A DNA stretch of 64,000 nt from an uncultured Methanomicrobiales archaeon (GTDB lineage: Archaea > Halobacteriota > Methanomicrobia > Methanomicrobiales > Methanospirillaceae). Made by a program: the position numbers and the translations under genes. Shown here in pieces: positions 21,230 through 31,267 of the stretch. Numbering within the stretch: the first letter of the stretch is position 1; every line of letters starts with the position of its first letter. The notes below the pieces were generated by a model. That model saw only the letters and a program-made list of their open reading frames with translations, searched no databases and had not been told where the DNA came from. The DNA is taken from positions 1,184,001-1,248,000 of the forward strand of contig OY969100.1 of the NCBI GenBank assembly GCA_963697895.1, in the 5' to 3' direction.

Positions 21230-21787
21230 TCAATGCTTCATCGGGACGTCGAAGAAAATGTTCTTCCCCGATGCCTTGAGGGGAATACCGTAAGCAACGG
21301 TGCATCCCTTCAGCATCCCCCGTTTCAGGGCGGCGATACCGATCGAGGCCATGACCCGGTTGTCCACGTTGTGGATACTTGCGGTTTTCACCGCCGATCC
21401 GACGGCGATGCCGATGTCCGTGACCTTGAACACGCAATTTGGTCCCGGGTAGAGCGCGGGTTTGTTCTTCCCCGCCTTAGCCACCTCTTCCATCTCGGCG
21501 CAGGTCGCGAACCCGCATCCACCGCAGTTAATTCCGGGTGTTTCCTGCCCCCTGACCCCGATCAGGACCGTGGCGTCGCTTGCCTTTACCTGTTCTCCGT
21601 TAATACGGAAGAAATCCAGTTTCAGCTCGTCCGCCCACGCGATCATACTGTCTCCCATCCGTTCCTTCTCCTTCCCGGTGAGGATCTCGACCTGAATCGA
21701 GTCGATTCCCACGGCCTTTGGCGCCGTCCGGGCTGCAAGGGCCATGAGTTCTGCAACAGATTTTACCGCTTCCGATTCAATTGACAT
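21230..21787 (-). CDS. Ferredoxin-domain protein (DUF2148-like)
   Basis: ARTAPKA, NCGGCGFATC, DIGIAVGSA, NVDNRVM. Confidence 0.8.
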   Translation of the reverse strand: MSIESEAVKSVAELMALAARTAPKAVGIDSIQVEILTGKEKERMGDSMIAWADELKLDFFRINGEQVKASDATVLIGVRGQETPGINCGGCGFATCAEMEEVAKAGKNKPALYPGPNCVFKVTDIGIAVGSAVKTASIHNVDNRVMASIGIAALKRGMLKGCTVAYGIPLKASGKNIFFDVPMKH

Positions 21788-21920
21788 ACCCCGAATGTGT
21801 TCACCGGGGTAAAAAAGGGATCCCCGCATACCCACAGAGTCGATCACGGAAACCTGGCTTCGGACAACCAGTAAACGGCCGAAGAGTATCAGAAAGGAAT
21901 AGTCAGCCGGGAACTGGCGT

Positions 21921-22604
21921 CTACTGAACGGGCGAACCTGTTGCCGGATCACGGACCAGGGTGTACCGGTTTCCGGTCCGGGAAACACACCCCATCGCGA
22001 GAAGATCCCCTATTGCGTCACGGACCTCACGAATCGGCACACGAAGGCAGTAATGGTCCCCGAGTTCCCTCTGAATAGCTTCCTCGCCGAGCGGACCTTC
22101 CGCGAGAACCTTCGCGGCAAATCCCACGAGGTCCTCGTGTACCGCCCACGGGTAAATGATCCAGCGCCATTCCTGCTCCTCCCGGGCGAAATAATCCGGA
22201 CAGAACGATGATTTCACCTTGTGCTGGAGGACCGCCGTCCGGATCTCTTCTGGTCCGAGGCTCCGGATATACGAAACGGCAGCATCCAGGGTCTGGCCGG
22301 TATCGGTCACGTCGTCCACGATCAGCACCGCCTGGTCCCGGATATCGACCGCGAGTGGAAACCGGACGATCACCCGGGGTTTCTCCTGTGCGGCCATCCC
22401 CCAGTGCTCGACCTTGAAACTGGTCAGCATATTGTTGAGTAAAAAATCGCAGACCACGCGGGCGGGGACATACCCTCCCCGGCCGATCGCGATGACGATG
22501 TCCGGCCGATACCCGGACTCCTTTATCAGGAGTGCCAGAGACCTGGCCAGTTCAGAGAAATCCTCCCAGCTCACGAGTTCGCAGGGAAATACCTCGGCAG
22601 CCAT
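21921..22604 (-). CDS. Type I phosphoribosyltransferase
   Basis: IAIGRGGYVPAR, VLIVDDVTDTGQT, WIIYPW. Confidence 0.9.
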   Translation of the reverse strand: MAAEVFPCELVSWEDFSELARSLALLIKESGYRPDIVIAIGRGGYVPARVVCDFLLNNMLTSFKVEHWGMAAQEKPRVIVRFPLAVDIRDQAVLIVDDVTDTGQTLDAAVSYIRSLGPEEIRTAVLQHKVKSSFCPDYFAREEQEWRWIIYPWAVHEDLVGFAAKVLAEGPLGEEAIQRELGDHYCLRVPIREVRDAIGDLLAMGCVSRTGNRYTLVRDPATGSPVQ

Positions 22605-22726
22605 CTGATCCTTAGAGGCACGCTGATGATATTGAGGGTTCCGGGCATCCGGTACCCAGTCTGATGCACGTCACGGTTCAGAACATTTATCTGTATCACC
22701 GGAGACCGCTCCTCCAGGTAGAGGGG

Positions 22727-23629
22727 ATGGACTGCTCAATTGTCACGGGACCGGTCTTCGCACGCCATGACTGCAGTGGGCACCCGGAATGCCAGGAACG
22801 CCTCGCGCTCGCGATATCAGGGGTTCCCGGGGATGTCAGGCGGATCGCTCCCCGGCCCGCGTCCGAAGAGGAACTCGCTCTCGTCCACGACCGGGACTAC
22901 ATCGCGATGATCCGGGAACGGTGCGCAGCCTGCCAGCCGGGCCGTTGCATGTACCTGGACCCCGACACGTACATCACCCGCGATTCCTTCGAGGTCGCCC
23001 GGTTCGCTGCCGGGGGGACGATCCTTGCGGCCGAGCAGGCCCTCTCCGGGACTCATTCGTTCGCGTTCGTCCGGCCGCCCGGTCACCACGCGGGCCGGCG
23101 GTATGCGATGGGCTTCTGCATCTTCAACAATGTGGCGGTCGCGGCCGCCCATGCACTGCAATCGGTCGAACGGGTAGCGATCGTCGACTGGGACATCCAC
23201 CACGGGAACGGGACCCAGGAGATCTTCTATGATTCGGGGCATGTGCTTTACTGCTCGATCCATCAGGCACATTCCTTCCCGGGAACCGGGTTGCCGGGGG
23301 AGACCGGGGTCGGGGAGGGGAAAGGGCATACAGTCAACATCCCCGTCCCTGCCGGATCGACGATTGAAACGTACCGCGACGCATTTGACACCTTCATTCC
23401 ATTGGTGAGGGAATACGATCCGGACCTCGTCCTTGTCTCCGCGGGCCAGGACATCCTCGCGGACGACCCGCTCGGCCGGATGGAGATCCTGCCGGAAAAC
23501 TTTGCGGAACTGACGAGGCTCGTGCGGAAAATGACTGACGATCACCTTGCATTCGTGCTCGAGGGAGGGTATGGTCCGTCCCACGGGGAGGCGATCGCCG
23601 CGATCTTCCGGGAGCTGCGGGAGAAATAG
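22727..23629 (+). CDS. Histone deacetylase family protein
   Basis: [30 protein letters not shown]. Confidence 0.9.
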   Translation: MDCSIVTGPVFARHDCSGHPECQERLALAISGVPGDVRRIAPRPASEEELALVHDRDYIAMIRERCAACQPGRCMYLDPDTYITRDSFEVARFAAGGTILAAEQALSGTHSFAFVRPPGHHAGRRYAMGFCIFNNVAVAAAHALQSVERVAIVDWDIHHGNGTQEIFYDSGHVLYCSIHQAHSFPGTGLPGETGVGEGKGHTVNIPVPAGSTIETYRDAFDTFIPLVREYDPDLVLVSAGQDILADDPLGRMEILPENFAELTRLVRKMTDDHLAFVLEGGYGPSHGEAIAAIFRELREK

Positions 23630-23721
23630 GGGAAGGCATTCGCACGTATCGGAATAGAGACAAAGAATATATTCCCGTTTTCATTGATAGGATTCGCAGA
23701 AAAAAAAGAAGATGATATTGT

Positions 23722-24069
23722 TCAGATCATGAGCAGTCTTTCCTGTAATTTGGCCGCTTTGTCCTTATCATAACCTTTTAATTCATCAATAGCCTCGGTT
23801 GCCACCTGCAACGAATTAATCGTCTTCATATTCGCACGATCCGTTCCCATAGCCCCGATCTGATAGCCGAGGAACGCTCCGACAATGGTGCCGAGGACAC
23901 TGGTAAACAGGCCGACAACCGCGGCGACCTGCTCACCATTGAAACTGGTTCCCAGTTTCAAAAGAACGACAACCACCAGCAATGCAATCGCAAGACCGAC
24001 GATGGTGATTAAAAATGCAAACCAAAGCCGATTTGTTTCTAATTTGTAGTACATCTCATGAATATCCAT
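23722..24069 (-). CDS. Hypothetical 2-TM membrane protein
   Basis: Two hydrophobic helices and a charged tail; AT-richer than neighbours. Confidence 0.6.
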   Translation of the reverse strand: MDIHEMYYKLETNRLWFAFLITIVGLAIALLVVVVLLKLGTSFNGEQVAAVVGLFTSVLGTIVGAFLGYQIGAMGTDRANMKTINSLQVATEAIDELKGYDKDKAAKLQERLLMI

Positions 24070-24364
24070 ATGCTGAATACCCCCCTGATGCGGAATAATT
24101 TATGTATGAACTAAAAAATTTTTTTATTTGAATTTCTCACATTTTTCAACTCTTTGTTCCGTGCTCGGTCTGCAGATATTCCGCTGCGTAATTCCGGCAC
24201 CGATCTCACGACCTATGGTGCAGGTGGGGGGTAGACAATTAAAGCCGGAACGCAACAGACGTGAACAGACAAATATTCTATCGGGACTGAAACAAACCCG
24301 GTTAACGTGTTCCGTCAGGTTCCGGAGCTCAGCTATTTATCGATAACCGTCTTCCAAAGGGAGT

Positions 24365-25174
24365 ATGAGATCCAGTATACCCATTCTCCTCCTCGTCGCA
24401 GTACTGCTTCTGATTATCCCGGCCGGGGCGATGGCACACCCGGTAACCGGGTTCAACCTGTTTTCGGGTGGTCTTACTGCATTACCCGGTGCAGCGGACC
24501 TGAACAGCGTCTTATCTTCCCTGCCCGGCGCTGGTGGCAACCTCACCGGGGATGCCCCGGTTATGACCACACCGTCCGGAAGCCCGGACCCTCTCCTGGA
24601 CGAGCTCCTCCTGGGAAACGAGCGGTTCCGGAACGACGTCTATAATTATAGCATCGAACAGTACCAGGAACTTGCCGCCGCCCAGGAACCCGGGGTACTC
24701 TGGATCGGCTGCTCGGATTCGCGTTCCGATCCCGAACGGATCACGGATGCCGGGCCCGGGGAGATCTTTGTCACCCGCAATGTCGGCAATATCGTCCCGA
24801 ACCATGACTGGAGCCTGGCTGCGGTGGTGGAATATTCCATCAACTACCTCCAGGTCCAGGAGATCATCGTCTGCGGGCATTCGGACTGCGGTGCGATGAA
24901 AGCGCTCGACCAAAACCTCACCGACCCCTACATCCCGCTCTGGCTCAACGATGCCCGGGAAGCACAGACCAGGGTCGACAGCCAGATCCCCGCGCCGGTA
25001 ACCCCGGAGGAGAAGAGTGAGCGGGCCCGCCAGATCGAGCTCGAGAACGTCCGGCTCCAGGTCGAACACCTGATGACCTACCCCTCCGTCAAGGAGGCCG
25101 TCGAAGAGGGCAGGGTCCATGTCCACGGCCTCTACTACGATCTCTCGACCGGCGTCCTCTCCCGGGTGGTCTGA
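24365..25174 (+). CDS. Beta-class carbonic anhydrase with N-terminal signal peptide
   Basis: GCSDSR, PGEIFVTRNVGN, CGHSDCGAM; MRSSIPILLLVAVLLLIIPAGAMA leader. Confidence 0.9.
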   Translation: MRSSIPILLLVAVLLLIIPAGAMAHPVTGFNLFSGGLTALPGAADLNSVLSSLPGAGGNLTGDAPVMTTPSGSPDPLLDELLLGNERFRNDVYNYSIEQYQELAAAQEPGVLWIGCSDSRSDPERITDAGPGEIFVTRNVGNIVPNHDWSLAAVVEYSINYLQVQEIIVCGHSDCGAMKALDQNLTDPYIPLWLNDAREAQTRVDSQIPAPVTPEEKSERARQIELENVRLQVEHLMTYPSVKEAVEEGRVHVHGLYYDLSTGVLSRVV

Positions 25175-25227
25175 CCCGAAAACTCACTTATTTTTAACGG
25201 ATCATTCTCACGGAATGACCAGTCATC

Positions 25228-26067
25228 TCAATCCCGTTTCCTGATCGCCAGGAGTAATCCAGTCAATGCAAGCGCAGCGATGATCGTGAACGGAAAGATC
25301 GGGGCGCTCGTCGGCGGGGTGACCGGCGTCGTGGTTTGCAGGGTCGTCGTCGTGACCGGCGATGCGATCGGCGGATTGACATGGACGACGAAGTTTGAGA
25401 CTGGCTGAACTCCAACGACAGGGGACGCAATCGGGCAGAGGGCAGCCGGTGCCTGGCCGGCAACGAATTGAACGTAGACACTCGAATTGTCGTTCGCCTG
25501 GTTGTAGGTGAAGTTCTGACCGGGGGTGAGCGAGGTGTTCCAGACCGGACCGCCGACCCTGCTTATGGTGACGATGGTGGAATTCGCGGTGCAGAAGGAA
25601 CCGGTACAGTCCGTGCAGTCCGGGATTGTGTAATAGGTGACCGAATAGTCCGCTATCAGGGGTGCAGGAAGGCTTTCCGGGTCCCCAAAGAGGTCCCGGG
25701 CAAACCAGTTCTCGATGCCCGGCGTGGGGAAGAGCGTGCCTATCCCGATCCACATTCCTCCGGGCCCCCCGATGCTCGTCGCCTCGACCTGGCTCCCGAC
25801 TGTGACCGTGGCAAAGACGTCCGATACCGGGGAAGTCCCGTTCAGGGTCAGCGGGATGATCGGGTCCCAGGTGCAATTGGTGGTATTATTCCCGAATACA
25901 CAGCCGTACTGGTGTGTTGCGTTGATAGTGACCACGTTGTTCGCCGGGTCCAGGGAGGTAACCGTCCCCCGGTAGGTGATCTCCTGCAGTGCCGCGGTTG
26001 CTGGAAATACGAGCAGGGCAATGAGAATACAGAACCCTGCCAATCCCGCCATTTTCACTCCTTTCAT
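25228..26067 (-). CDS. Cys-containing cell-surface protein with C-terminal sorting-like tail
   Basis: Signal peptide, Thr/Pro linker, APIFPF + TM + RKRD. Confidence 0.75.
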   Translation of the reverse strand: MKGVKMAGLAGFCILIALLVFPATAALQEITYRGTVTSLDPANNVVTINATHQYGCVFGNNTTNCTWDPIIPLTLNGTSPVSDVFATVTVGSQVEATSIGGPGGMWIGIGTLFPTPGIENWFARDLFGDPESLPAPLIADYSVTYYTIPDCTDCTGSFCTANSTIVTISRVGGPVWNTSLTPGQNFTYNQANDNSSVYVQFVAGQAPAALCPIASPVVGVQPVSNFVVHVNPPIASPVTTTTLQTTTPVTPPTSAPIFPFTIIAALALTGLLLAIRKRD

Positions 26068-26270
26068 GATGCAAAATCCTCCGTTATTTTTCCATGGCTC
26101 ACCGAAGATTGGAGCCGTAAGTTCCGGGAGGAGGATCGGTGAACAAGATACAAGAGCCTGACGGTCGCCGCTAACGGAACCCTAATCTGCGGTATAGTTT
26201 CTGTCATTACCTCCCGCTTTATCATCTTTGCTGATCCATAGTTATGACGGTTCGAAAACGGACTATAACT

Positions 26271-26753
26271 ATGACCAGCCTGCTGAAGTTTGGAACACAG
26301 AGCGGTAAAAAGCGAGGATTACTCGTTCTCTTTATCCTCCACTCGCTCTCCCGGGAACCCAAGTCGGGATACGACCTCCGGAAGGAGATCGGGGAAAAGA
26401 CCCATGGGATGTGGGTGCCGAGCAAGGGGACCCTCTACCCGGTGCTCCACCAGCTGGAGGACGAACATCTCATCTCGGTCTCGGACACCGGAAAACGGTC
26501 GCGGATCGTCTTTTGCCTGACCCCGAAGGGGGAGGAGACGCTCGCAACCTTCAAGGAACGGAGCCGGGAGTCGCATAAAAAGATGGCACTCTATAAAAAC
26601 CTGATATTCGACATCTTCGGGGGCGAAAAGATCACCATGAAAGGTCTCCTTTTTGAGATCAGAACAACGGTGGACGAACTGCCTCCCGGCACCGAAGATC
26701 TGGCGGTACCGATCCTGGAAACCTGTCTGAACAATTTGAAAAGGATACCCTGA
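26271..26753 (+). CDS. PadR family transcriptional regulator
   Basis: PKSGYDLRKEI, PSKGTLYPVLHQLE, LTPKG. Confidence 0.9.
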   Translation: MTSLLKFGTQSGKKRGLLVLFILHSLSREPKSGYDLRKEIGEKTHGMWVPSKGTLYPVLHQLEDEHLISVSDTGKRSRIVFCLTPKGEETLATFKERSRESHKKMALYKNLIFDIFGGEKITMKGLLFEIRTTVDELPPGTEDLAVPILETCLNNLKRIP

Positions 26754-26754
26754 A

Positions 26755-27741
26755 ATGCCTGCGGCAATACACGTCGACCAGCTGACCAGAAATTTCAACG
26801 ATCTGGTCGCGGTCGACCATATCTCATTTGATATCGGGCACGGCGAGATCTTCGGCCTGCTCGGCCCGAACGGGGCCGGCAAGACGACCACCATCTCCAT
26901 GCTCGCCACGATGCTGAAGCCGACCTCGGGTTCGGCGACGGTGAACGGTATGGACATCGAACGCGACGAGGACGGGGTCAGGAAGTCGATCGGGATCGTC
27001 TTCCAGGACCAGAGCCTCGACGAGGAACTGACCGGCTGGGAGAACATGGACTTCCATGGCCGCCTCTACCGGATCCCCGGAGAGACCCGCCGGAAGCGGA
27101 TCGCCGAGCTCCTGGACCTCGTGGGGCTCACGGACCGAAAGGACGACCTGGTCAAGACCTACTCCGGGGGCATGCGGCGCCGGCTCGAGATCGCCCGGGG
27201 ACTTCTCCACCACCCGCAGGTGCTTTTCCTCGACGAACCTACCCTCGGCCTCGATCCCCAGACCCGGAACCTCCTCTGGAGTTACATCGCCACCCTGAAC
27301 AAGGAGAAGGAGATCACGATCATCCTGACCACCCATTACATGGAGGAGGCGGACCGGTTGTGCAACCGGGTGGCGATCATCGACCACGGGAAGATCATCG
27401 CCCTCGACACCCCGCAGAACTTAAAAGACGGGATCGGCGGGGACGTGGTGACGATCCGGTCCCCGCAGGCCGAAGCGATCCCGGAAGCCCTGCACGAACC
27501 ATGGATCAGCCACCTCGAGCGGCACGACGGGGCTGTCACCATCAGCCTGCAGAACGCGGAGCAGCACATCCCCGAGATCGTTACCCGGTTAAACGAGAAA
27601 CAGATCGTGCTCGATTCGATATCCATCCACAAGCCGACGCTGGAAGACGTATTCCTGTACTTTACCGGCAAGACCATCCGCGAAGAGGAGGCCGACGGCA
27701 AGGCAAACTTCCGGATGTACCAGAAGATGATGAGGCGGTGA
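26755..27741 (+). CDS. ABC exporter ATP-binding protein (DrrA-like)
   Basis: GPNGAGKTT, YSGGMRRR, LFLDEPT, PTLEDVF. Confidence 0.95.
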   Translation: MPAAIHVDQLTRNFNDLVAVDHISFDIGHGEIFGLLGPNGAGKTTTISMLATMLKPTSGSATVNGMDIERDEDGVRKSIGIVFQDQSLDEELTGWENMDFHGRLYRIPGETRRKRIAELLDLVGLTDRKDDLVKTYSGGMRRRLEIARGLLHHPQVLFLDEPTLGLDPQTRNLLWSYIATLNKEKEITIILTTHYMEEADRLCNRVAIIDHGKIIALDTPQNLKDGIGGDVVTIRSPQAEAIPEALHEPWISHLERHDGAVTISLQNAEQHIPEIVTRLNEKQIVLDSISIHKPTLEDVFLYFTGKTIREEEADGKANFRMYQKMMRR

Positions 27742-27743
27742 CC

Positions 27744-28493
27744 ATGGATATCGTATACACCATCTGGCTCCGGAGCCTCAAACGGTACATCCGTTCCAAG
27801 AGCCGGATCATCGGCAGCGTCGCCATGCCCCTGTTCTTCCTGATCTTCCTCGGGTTCGGGCTGAACTCCGTGGTGCAGATCCCCGGGATGGGCCAGGACT
27901 ATATCCAGTTCCTGATCCCCGGGATCGTCTCCATGAGCGTCCTCTTCACCTCCATCTTCGCCGGGATCCAGATCATCTGGGACAAGCAGTTCGGGTTCCT
28001 GAAGGAGACGCTCGTCGCCCCGGTCTCCCGGCTGGAGATCATGTTCGGCCAGACGCTCGGCGGGGCGACGACGGCCTTCATCCAGGGGGTCATCATCTTA
28101 TTCCTCTCGCTCCTCCTCGGGCTCCACGTCACCGGTGCAGCAGGCTTCCTCATCGCCTTCGGGTTCATGGCCCTGATCGGGATCTCCTTCACCGCCTTCG
28201 GGATCGCGATCGCGTCCCGGATGGAGGATATGCAGGGGTTCCAGCTGATCATGAACTTCGTCGTCTTCCCCATCTTCGGCTTCTCCGGGGCACTCTTCCC
28301 GATCAGCAGCCTCCCCTCGTGGGCCGCCGTGCTCACCCTCTTCGATCCCCTCACGTACGGGGTGGAGGGGATCCGGTATGGCCTGACCGGCGTCTCGCAG
28401 ATAAGCCCGCTGGTGAGCCTCGTGGTCCTCGGCGCCTTCGCCGTGGTGATGACGGTCCTCGGCGGGTACCTCTTCCGGAAGATCAAGTTCTGA
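27744..28493 (+). CDS. ABC-2 type permease
   Basis: About six TMs, GFLKETLVAPVSR, FSGALFPI, DPLTYGVEGIR. Confidence 0.9.
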   Translation: MDIVYTIWLRSLKRYIRSKSRIIGSVAMPLFFLIFLGFGLNSVVQIPGMGQDYIQFLIPGIVSMSVLFTSIFAGIQIIWDKQFGFLKETLVAPVSRLEIMFGQTLGGATTAFIQGVIILFLSLLLGLHVTGAAGFLIAFGFMALIGISFTAFGIAIASRMEDMQGFQLIMNFVVFPIFGFSGALFPISSLPSWAAVLTLFDPLTYGVEGIRYGLTGVSQISPLVSLVVLGAFAVVMTVLGGYLFRKIKF

Positions 28494-28803
28494 AGCGATC
28501 GGAAGGCCGGGGGAAAAGAACCCGTTCTTTTATTTTGATACCCGACGATCAAGAGCAGCGATCGATGGTATTTTTTTGTATTTTACGCTTTATTTATCCG
28601 GTGAACCGTGGATCTGGGTTGGTTACCTGAAATGGGTGAGGAGAATTTTCCGAATCCCCCCGTCCGTCCCGGGACAGCAGATCTTCCTTCGATATGTTCT
28701 TTGGCCCGGGGAGAATCGGTCGATCGGATATCCCGTACCGGCCGGAACGGACCCGTTCGTCACGATGAATATCTATATGTATCTCCCGATATCCTCAGGT
28801 TTT

Positions 28804-29142
28804 ATGGGATACCCCGGAAACTATATGCGCCATATGTATTCTGCAGGCCCGTTCCACAGCGGGGTATGGGTGCTGGTCCTCTGGATCTTCCAGGTGATCA
28901 TCGGGTACTTTGTTTACCGCGATGCAAAGGAGCGAAAGATGAACGCCATCCTCTGGCTCATCCTCGTGATCCTTCCACTGATCGGGTACCTCTTCATGGT
29001 GATCTACCTTGTCATCCGTGAAACGGAGCACCCGCTTCCAAAAGCGGGCGGAGATGCCCGGAAGATCCTCGACGAACGATACGCAAAAGGGGAAATTTCT
29101 AACGATGAATACGAGAAGATGAAGGAAGAACTGGAGAAGTGA
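28804..29142 (+). CDS. SHOCT domain membrane protein
   Basis: VYRDAKER..WL TM hairpin; ILDERYAKGEISNDEYEKMK; start uncertain. Confidence 0.8.
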   Translation: MGYPGNYMRHMYSAGPFHSGVWVLVLWIFQVIIGYFVYRDAKERKMNAILWLILVILPLIGYLFMVIYLVIRETEHPLPKAGGDARKILDERYAKGEISNDEYEKMKEELEK

Positions 29143-29235
29143 GACAAATAAAAAACCGGTTCACAAGGATTCCCCAGGGAATCATTTCAGCCTGTTACGA
29201 AAAGATCGAATACCGGGGCAAAATTCCCTGTTTTC

Positions 29236-29538
29236 ATGCAAAGGTATGTCTCATATGGCCACCTATTAGGGCATACCATGACACGGAGTAATATTCGGCA
29301 TACCCAATGGGAAATTGCCGATTCGCTCGTTTCTTACCTGCAGAACGGCCCCGTGCTCATCGGCCAGGTGGGCGAGATCATCCGGCTCTGCGGAATCCAG
29401 GCAGACGGGAACGCCGTGGGAAAATTTCTCCAGCGGGCGCAATCCATGCAGCATTCACCTTTTCGGATTCAAAGAATGTTTAAGCGGGAAACCGCGGCCC
29501 ACAGCCGCATATACCGGATTGCCCTGAAATTGAATTGA
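29236..29538 (+). CDS. Hypothetical protein
   Basis: 100-aa ORF filling the gap, followed by T/A tracts; no family recognised. Confidence 0.45.
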   Translation: MQRYVSYGHLLGHTMTRSNIRHTQWEIADSLVSYLQNGPVLIGQVGEIIRLCGIQADGNAVGKFLQRAQSMQHSPFRIQRMFKRETAAHSRIYRIALKLN

Positions 29539-29581
29539 ACATTTTTCCCGCTCCACGCTGTAAAAAAAAATATTTCTGTTT

Positions 29582-30172
29582 TCATCCCCGTCCGTAGACT
29601 CCAAGAAGGGTACCGTTCGCGATCACCGCACCCTGGATTGAAGCATCGAACTCCGAACGGTTTGCCGTGCCCGGGATCTCAAGGGTCCGGTCGAGTGCGG
29701 AGACCGTGAACAGGTACCGATGTGTCGTTCCGACCGGCGGGCAGGGTCCGCTGTACCCGGTCCTGCCGAAGGTATTGGTTCCCTGTTCCGTCCCGTCGGG
29801 GAGGACACCCGCATTGGAGATATTTTCGGATAAACCCGGTGTTCCGGGAGGAATATTATAGATGATCCAGTGCGTGAACGGTGATCCCGGTGAGTCCAGG
29901 TCTTCCATCAGGACGGCGATGCTCTTCGTGCCTGCCGGGATGCCGGTCCAGGAGATCGGGAGGGAGACCCCTTCCCCGCTGCATCCGTATCGCGCCGGGA
30001 TCGTCTCACCGCCGATGAACGCTGCAGACGAGACTATAACCCATCGTTCAGTCGCGTTCCCGGCGGATCCCGGGTTCTCCGTCATGCATCCCGATACGAG
30101 GAGAAATCCCGGAATCGCGATCATGAGGAGAATCCAGATTGCGGGAAAGAGATCCTTTCGGCCCATACGCAC
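29582..30172 (-). CDS. YbhB/YbcL (PEBP-like) lipoprotein
   Basis: LVSGC lipobox; EDLDSP..FTHW, GYSGPCPP..HRY. Confidence 0.85.
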   Translation of the reverse strand: MRMGRKDLFPAIWILLMIAIPGFLLVSGCMTENPGSAGNATERWVIVSSAAFIGGETIPARYGCSGEGVSLPISWTGIPAGTKSIAVLMEDLDSPGSPFTHWIIYNIPPGTPGLSENISNAGVLPDGTEQGTNTFGRTGYSGPCPPVGTTHRYLFTVSALDRTLEIPGTANRSEFDASIQGAVIANGTLLGVYGRG

Positions 30173-30257
30173 CTCTCTAACCCTGAAAACTATAAAGGAT
30201 ACCGCGGCCCGATCGATATCTTTATCCTGCTATCATCCGTCTCTACGGGTATCGGGG

Positions 30258-30941
30258 ATGGGAATGAAAGTACTCGGATTGAATGCGAGCCCGAAGGGAA
30301 AGGAGAGCAGGACCCTGCAGCTCGTAAAAGCGGTGCTCGAGGGAGCCCGGGAAGAGGGTGCACAGGTGGAACTCGTCGATCTCTACGAGCTCGGGATAGA
30401 ATACTGCACCGCATGCGGAGCCTGTTACGCGAGCGGGGACTGCACGCTCGAGGACGATTTCGCGGAGCTCTTCGAGAAGATGATGAATGCCGATGGAATC
30501 GTGCTTGGTTCTCCGAACTATATCGATTCCATCACGGCACCGTTAAAAGCGGTCTTCGACCGGATGGCGGATGCGATCCATTGCCAGATGTTTACCGGGA
30601 AATACGGGTGCTCGGTCTGCACCGCCGGGGGAAGCCACCATGACGAGGTCGTGGAGTACATGAACCATGTCCTGACCACGCTCGGGGCGACGACGGTCGG
30701 GGGAATCGGTGTCGCGGTCGGGAGAGACCCGGCGGCACTCCCGAAGGCGGAATCAGAGGCGGTTGCTCTCGGAAAAAAACTCGCACAGTCGATCCGGGGG
30801 GAGCATAAATACCCGGAACAGGAAGAGATCCACCGGCAGCGGCGGGACTATTTCTGCCAGCTCATCCGGTACAACAAGGCGCAGTGGGCACACGAATACG
30901 ACTGGTGGGTCCAGATGGGATGGATCAAGGAAGGCGAGTGA
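30258..30941 (+). CDS. Iron-sulfur flavoprotein (flavodoxin family)
   Basis: ASPKGKESRT, CTACGACYASGDC, ADGIVLGSPNY. Confidence 0.9.
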   Translation: MGMKVLGLNASPKGKESRTLQLVKAVLEGAREEGAQVELVDLYELGIEYCTACGACYASGDCTLEDDFAELFEKMMNADGIVLGSPNYIDSITAPLKAVFDRMADAIHCQMFTGKYGCSVCTAGGSHHDEVVEYMNHVLTTLGATTVGGIGVAVGRDPAALPKAESEAVALGKKLAQSIRGEHKYPEQEEIHRQRRDYFCQLIRYNKAQWAHEYDWWVQMGWIKEGE

Positions 30942-30959
30942 AAGCGGCGGGGGCTGATT

Positions 30960-31115
30960 TTGACAACCTGCAGGGACTGTTTGAGCTACATGCCGGAGAA
31001 TGCAGACGAAGGGGTGTGCCAGATCAACGGACCGACGTTTCCCGACCGTGAATCCGACCGATGCCCGTCGAGGACATTCCGACCGAAACCGACAGATCGA
31101 AGACCGGGATCATGA
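30960..31115 (+). CDS. Small four-Cys protein, BssC/HiPIP-like (51 aa, not in the ORF track)
   Basis: TTG start after a G-rich RBS; MTTCRDCLSYMPENADEGVCQINGPTFPDRESDRCPSRTFRPKP... Confidence 0.65.
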   Translation: MTTCRDCLSYMPENADEGVCQINGPTFPDRESDRCPSRTFRPKPTDRRPGS

Positions 31116-31267
31116 AGATAACAGTCCGCCGGGAATGATGAAAAGAGATTGGTGATTCAGAACCGGACAGTACATCTCTTCGTCCCGGCGGCAAAACGGC
31201 CTGAAACAGAAGCCTCCGGATATGTTCAAACGCAAAGCGTATGAAATAGAAGCGCAGATCGTATAAT

